Below are positions 58,141 through 64,000 of a DNA stretch of 64,000 bases, one piece after another. The DNA comes from Leucoraja erinacea (taxonomy: Eukaryota). Made by a program: the position numbers and the translations under genes. The notes beneath the pieces were generated by a model. The model did no database searches, had not been told where the DNA came from, and saw nothing but the letters and a program-made list of their open reading frames with translations. The stretch covers positions 17,422,001-17,486,000 of the forward strand of contig NC_073405.1 in NCBI RefSeq assembly GCF_028641065.1, given 5' to 3'. Position 1 is the first letter of the stretch. Each line of letters starts with the position of its first letter.

Positions 58141-60673
58141 CAGGGCTGCCAACATTGGGTGAGAGTTGGGAGTGAGAAATTGCGAGAGACCAAGCCCGAG
58201 GGAGCATAGCGGCCGGGGGGGGGGGGGGGGAGGTTGGACAACTCCCATTGGTACGGAACATTCGCATTTTTCAGCTTGAAATTGTGGAATATGGTGCATA
58301 CTGCAGCGAGTCTTTTAACTTACACTTGAATACAATATATATGCTTTAAATTGGAGCGTTTTTGAAAGGGGGGAGGCTGTGCGATCACTGATCACTGACC
58401 TTGGGGGTACCCGGTGAGGGAGTGGAGCAACCGAGTGGGGAGAGGGTGTGGAAGAAGGGGGTCCCCCCTCCCAGGGTAGGAACATTTTGAAATTTGATGT
58501 ATTAAAATCATGTTTTAGTGCACTGTAGAAGTATGATTTCAATGTTTTTTGTATGAAGTGTTTTTAAGAGGTAACTTTTTAAGGGGTAACTTTATCCACA
58601 CAAAGGGTGATGGGTATATGGAACAAGCTGCCAGAGGAGGCAGTTGAGGCAGGGACCATCCCAACATTTAAGAAAAAAGACTGATACATGGATAGGACAG
58701 GTTTGGAGGTATGGACCAAAAGCAGGTAGCGTAGCTGGGACATGTTGGTGGGTGTGGGCAAGTTGCGCCGAAGGGCCTGTTTTCACACTGTATCACTCTT
58801 TGACTACATTATACCTCCACCATGCATGAATGCTTCAAAATCAAGTGATCGAGTTTTATTGCCATATAGTCAAGCATAGAAACATAGAAAATAGGTGCAG
58901 GAACAGGCCATCGGCCCTTCTAGCCAGCATTGCCATTCAATATGATCATGGCTATTCGTCTAAAATCAGTACCTCTTTCCTGTTTTTCCCCATATCTCTT
59001 GATGTCGTTAGCCCCAATAACTAAATGTAACTCTCTCTTGAAAACATCCAGTGAATTGGCCTGCACTGCGTTCTGTGGCAGAGAATTCCACAGATTCACA
59101 ACTCTCTGCGTGAAGAAAGTTTGTTCTCATCTCAGTCCTAACTGTTCCCCCCTTTACTCTTAAACTGTGACCCATAGTTCTGAATGCCCCCAACATCGGG
59201 AACATTTTTCCTGCAGTTACAGTAAGTGAAAATCTAGCAGGCAAGCAGGATGCTTTCTCTAACCACCCCCATTTGAAGTCCACTATCTTCCACCGTTTCT
59301 ACCCTTGTGCTTGGTACTTACTTCCAGCAGCCACTGGTTGTCCTCCAGGATGCACCAAGCCGCAGCCTGATCCATGCCGGTCACCTGGGCAAATTCGGCA
59401 CAGAGACTCTCTCTCTCTCTCCCCCCTCTCTTCCGCTCTCTCTCCTCTCAACCCCCTCTCTCTCCCCCCTCTATCTCTCCCCTCCCCCTCTCTTTCCCCT
59501 CTCTCTCTCCTCTCTCCCTCTCTGTCTCTCCTCTCCCCCCCTCTCTCTCCCCGCCTCCCCCCTCCCTCCCCCCCCTCCCCCCTCCTCTCTCTTTCCCCCC
59601 TCTCTCTCCCCCCCCTCTCCTCTCTCCCCTCTCTCTCCTCTCTCTCCCTCTCTCCCTCTCCTCCCTCTCTCTCCCTCCCACCTCACTCTCCCCCTCTCTC
59701 TCATCCCTAACCCTCTCTCTCCCCTCTCTCTCCCCCCTCTCTCTTTCCCCCTCCCTCTCTCCCCCCCCGCTCTCTTCCTCCCTCCTCCCCTCTCTCCCCC
59801 TCGCTTTCTCTCCTCTCCCCATCTCTCTCCCCCCCTCTCCTCTCCACACATTCTCCCCTATCTCTCGGTCTCTCCTCTCTCTCTTCCCCCCCTCTCTCTC
59901 TCTCATCTCTCTCCTCTCTCTCTCCCCATTTCTCCCTCTCACCTCACTCCCCCCTGGCTCCCTCTCCCCTCTCTTTTTCCTCTCTATCTCTCTTTCTCTT
60001 TGCCCCTCCATCTCTCTCTCTTTCCCCCTCTCTGTCTCTCTCTCTCTCTCTCTTCCCCTCTCTCTCTCCCATTCTCTCCTACCCTCTCCACTCCCTCTCC
60101 ACCCCCTCTCTCTTCCCTCTTTCCCTCCACTCTCACCCCTCTCTCTCTTCCCCCCCTCTCCCACCTCACTCTCCCCCCTCTCTCTCTGCTACCTCTCCCT
60201 CTCCCTCTTCTCTCTCTCCATTCATGCCCCCTCTGTCTCTCCCCTCTCTCTCCTCTCACACCCCCTCTCTCTCTCCCCCCTGTCTTGCTGTCTCCTTCCC
60301 CTCTCTCTCTCTCCACCTCCCTTTGAGAGTCTGTCCCTTCGGCACAGAGACTCTTGCGGCAGCGACACAACGCTTCTGAAGGCTCCGCGGCCCGGGACAC
60401 TCGCACTGTCCGGAGTGCTCCATGACCAGAGCTGCAGCGAGCGACTCACAGCGCCGCAAACACTCGAAAGTCCCGGCTCCCCGCATCTGTTCCCGCCGCT
60501 GGTTCTGCTCCCATCCCTCCCGCAGCCCCGGCTTGCCATCCGAGTTTTGAAATTTTCGTTGATCACAAAATTTCTCACCACTGAGAGTGAGAAATTTCTG
60601 ATGAGCGTGAGGGCGTGAGAGTTTGCTTGAGGGCGTGAGTCTCACGCTCAAAGCGTGAGAGTTGGCAGCCCTG
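58141..60673. mobile_element. Non-autonomous TIR element (CAGGGCTGCCAAC ends, 6-bp TSD)
   Basis: Perfect 13-bp inverted termini; ATAATG duplicated at 58135-58140 and 60674-60679; contains CR1 pieces and a CT-rich tract. Confidence 0.85.
59405..60325. repeat. ~0.9-kb polypyrimidine (C/T) tract
   Basis: Read directly from the sequence. Confidence 0.95.
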
Positions 60674-61310
60674 ATAATGTTTGGGACGCAGCAATGTCAT
60701 GTCAATGAAAGTAGTCATGTTTAGTATTTTGTTGCATATCCTTTGCATGCAATGATTGCTTGAAGTCTGCGATTCATGAGCATCACCAGTTGCCAGGTGT
60801 CTTCTCTGGTGATGCTCTGCCAGGCCTATATTGCAGCCATCTTTAGCTCATGCTTGTTTTGAGGGCTTGTCCCCTTCAGTTTTCTCTTCAGCATATAAAA
60901 GGCATGCTCAATTGAGTTCAGATCGGATGATTAACTTGGTCATTCAAGAATTTACAATTTTTTAGCTTTGAAAAACTCCTTTGTTGCTTTAGCAGTATCT
61001 TTGGGATCATTGTCTTGCTGTAGAATGAACCGCCGGCCAATGAGTTTTGAGGCATTTGTTTGAACTTATTTGCACCAAGCAGCCATAGTACCCAAAATTT
61101 AGTAAGGACTCATGTATTGCTAGGCCATTTTGGTCAAGTCTGGTGTGCTCTGCAGATATAAGACAAGCTTCAGAATTGTGCCAGTAAGTCTAGGGTCCGG
61201 ATCAGTGTTGCATATTCAATTGACAGATGGATGGGATTTCTGCAGAGGACATCCAAGGAAATGTAAAATGCATGAAGTTAATTGGATCAATGCAAACAAA
61301 GTGTGCATAT

Positions 61311-61832
61311 TGTAAATAATGTTGCTAGACAATTACCCTGCTGTGTGTTGATTGGTTAAAGTGTTAAGCCTCTGTTTGGATTCCAGGGTGAATGTTGCAT
61401 TATTTAAGCTCTGTTAGCTTCATCTGGAAGCCTCTTCTGCAACAATGTTAGGGAGATTCTGTTATTGGTCTGTGTAAATGTCAATAATTTATTGTTGTAA
61501 GTTGTTATGTTTGATTGGATTGTAAACAGACTACCCCTCTGTAGTTCGGCCCCTCAAGGTTTGGGGACCTATAAAAGGCAGCTCCCACAAGGTCCTTTGT
61601 CGATCTTCTGGAAGAACGCTTGGGACTGCATGACCTTTTGGAGCGTTTCTGTTTGCACGAGGCTGAAGGGCTTGGCCAGGCAGATACAAGGATCGAACCT
61701 GCGATTGGTTTAGTTATCGTATAGGGTGATTTTTTGTGCTATCCAAAAATAAAGTTTAGTTGTTACAGTGCTTGAATCAGTATTTTATTGACTGGACTAG
61801 ACTGGGGGGAAGCTTAGAGGAGCTTATTTACA
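61311..61832 (+). mobile_element. Probable solo LTR
   Basis: TGTAAATAA...TTATTTACA inverted termini; internal TATAAAAG and AATAAA; no clear TSD. Confidence 0.5.
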
Positions 61833-62740
61833 TCTACGCTGAACTTCTCTGCTTAACTTACATTTATCTCCGCTGATCTATGTTGGTGACTTTCTTACAA
61901 CTGACATATCTGCATTTATCTAGTTATTTTCCTTGACCAATGGAGTAACAGTAGCAAATTTTCAAATTGAATGTCTATGAAAGAACATTGGAAAATTATT
62001 AATCTGTGTGCAATTTGTTTACTTTTTCCAAGTCATGACCATGGGACTAAATTATCAGCACCTGGACATTTGTCTCTTGACTGTCACTATGCAAGCCCAT
62101 ACCATATTTTTCATTTTTCATTCAGTTAGTTTTTTCACTTGATTCATTTTGACTTTCATATAAGAACTGCATTTTTATGTTTGTTCCTTAATGTGAAGCA
62201 GAATTCAAAACATTTCTTTAATATCAGTCCATTCTTTATTTTCAATAAAATTTCACCTCTGCAAACCTTTCCGGTTATCTACCCCATTTTGCTAATAATT
62301 TATTAAAAAGCTCTGCTGTTAATTTAACATGCTGCAGTGGTTTTGCAACTTATCGCTTTTCTTCCTCTAAATATTTTATTTGTGTCCATCCAAGGCTTTT
62401 TATAGCATCTCTAATGCACTGGATTTTGTTCTTTCTTCCATTTTAGTAAATATATTTTTAGCTGGATACCGCCCTTCCTTCATTTGTTTAATGTGGTTGC
62501 CTTTTTAAGGTATGTACTGGTTTTGTACTGCACAGAATATTTCTTTGAATACTTTCAATTGCGTGGTTCACCCATTCGGTTTATTCCACTATTTATTCAA
62601 CCTAGCTTCCTGTGGTGAATTGCTATCTTATCATGTCAAAATTTGTCCTACTTGTGTTTAAAACCTCTTTTTTTAATCTGTCACTCATTTAGCTCATCAT
62701 GCATAAAACTCGTAGTCGAAAAGAACTACTAATTAATTCT

Positions 62741-62952
62741 AAGATAGACACAAAAGCTGGAGTAACTCAGCGAGACAGACAGCATCTCTGGAAAGAAGGA
62801 ATGGGTAATGTTTCGGGTCAAGACCTTTCTTCAGTCTAAACCCGAAATGTTACCCATTCCTTCTCCCCAGAGATACTGCCTATCCCGCTGAGTTACTCCA
62901 GCTTTTTGTGTCTATCTTCGGTTTAGACCAGCATCTGCAGTTTCTTCTAACC
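62741..62952. mobile_element. Fold-back (inverted dimer) Penelope-derived element
   Basis: About 75-bp arms that are reverse complements; flanked by an AATTAATTCT duplication. Confidence 0.75.
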
Positions 62953-63399
62953 AATTAATTCTGCTCCGCTTTCTTTCCCCCATTGTTCTGTGTGCCTTAC
63001 TTTTAAACTGCAATCCAATTTTCTTTGGAAAGTTACTTGAATCTGCATGTACCCATCTGATAGGCACAGCATTCTGGATCAAGAAGGTGAAGCATAGAAC
63101 CAAGTAAGACATGGTTGGAGCATGACTGCTGAATGGGCTCTTTCACTAATATCATCCAAAGACTTCCTGCCTGCTGCAAGTCACCCCGAGTTGTTTTGCA
63201 GGCAAGTAAATGCTCACAGAATCATGCAATGGGACCCATCAAACACATCATTGACAACTATTTAATACTGGAGTGCTGTAGTAACTCAGTGGGTCAGGCA
63301 GCATCTCTGGAGAAAAATGATAGATGATGTTTTGGGTTGGGACTCTTCTTCAAACTGAAAGGGATGAAGAATGGGAACTTTTTTTCTGATTGGAAGTCT

Positions 63400-64000
63400 G
63401 TTACAAGTGGTGGATTGTAGGAATCTGTGCTGACACATTTGTTTTGCAATATCTATGACTTAGATGATGGGATAAGCAATCTGATTAGTAAGTTTGTGAC
63501 AACAGGGAAATTGGTGGAGTCATAGATAATGAAGGTGGTTTTCTAAGGCTACAGCAGGGTATAGAAGAGCTCAAGAGTAGAGCAGAGCGGTGGTAGATGG
63601 AATTTGTTCCACACTAGTGTGAGTTAAGGCACTTCGGGAAGTCAAATTTAGGTTGGACATATATAGTAAATGGCAGGAATATTTGGAGTGCTGATGTGCA
63701 GAGAGATCTTGGAGTACAAGTCCATTGATCCCTGACAATGGTGACACAGATGGATAGGGCAGGGAGGCAATGTGGTATGCTTACTTCATAGACAATGCAT
63801 TGCGTTTAAGAGTCAGGAGATCATGTTGCTGCTGTACAAAACTTTTGTTGGACCACATTTGTGGTTTTGTGCAAAATCCAGGAAGCATGTGGTAGCTGCA
63901 ATGAGAGTGCAAAAGAGGTCCACCAGGATACTGCTTGAAATAGAGGGCTATAGTTGTATGAAGATATTGGGACTTTTTCTGGCTGGAATTCTGTACGTGG
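63400..64000 (+). mobile_element. Old CR1 LINE fragment
   Basis: Decayed RT C-terminal region similar to other CR1 copies. Confidence 0.7.

Larger units (their letters stand above)
57940..61068 (-). mobile_element. Decayed Tc1-like DNA transposon, interrupted by a TIR element
   Basis: 60730-61060 encodes FILQQDNDPK..SSDLNSIEH..KGYATKY; ATAATGTTTGGGAC direct repeats in the terminal region. Confidence 0.8.

Noticed and set aside
59273-60651. Long Pro/Leu/Ser and Arg/Glu/Gly ORFs (up to 414 aa)
   Set aside because: Stop-free translations of a C/T low-complexity tract inside a transposon.

Overview
Vertebrate genomic DNA, most likely from a cartilaginous fish (skate or ray), inferred from the cluster-type immunoglobulin organisation and the CR1, V-SINE and Penelope repeat content. 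The left half holds two complete, unrearranged immunoglobulin light-chain miniloci (leader-V-[12-RSS]...[RSS]-J-C) of the sigma isotype. They lie head to head: cluster 1 is on the minus strand at about 5.2-8.1 kb and cluster 2 is on the plus strand at about 30.9-34.1 kb. Homology between them continues inward as an old inverted duplication centred near 20 kb, so the locus is a roughly 30-kb palindrome. Its J, C and flanking parts are almost identical, the V CDRs have diverged, and the inner arms are decayed except for one strongly conserved, motif-rich 92-bp element. A four-exon rpl37 gene lies on the minus strand at 44.3-52.7 kb; the ORF track does not assemble it. The rest is transposon debris: CR1, Tx1, Rex, L2, Gypsy, Tc1, hAT/CGGBP-like, tRNA SINEs, and many short Penelope-derived inserts that carry a minimal hammerhead-ribozyme core and have their own target-site duplications. 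There is one 156-bp N gap, and a probable mis-assembled mosaic duplication at 37.7-39.6 kb. All identities were counted by eye and no database searches were run.
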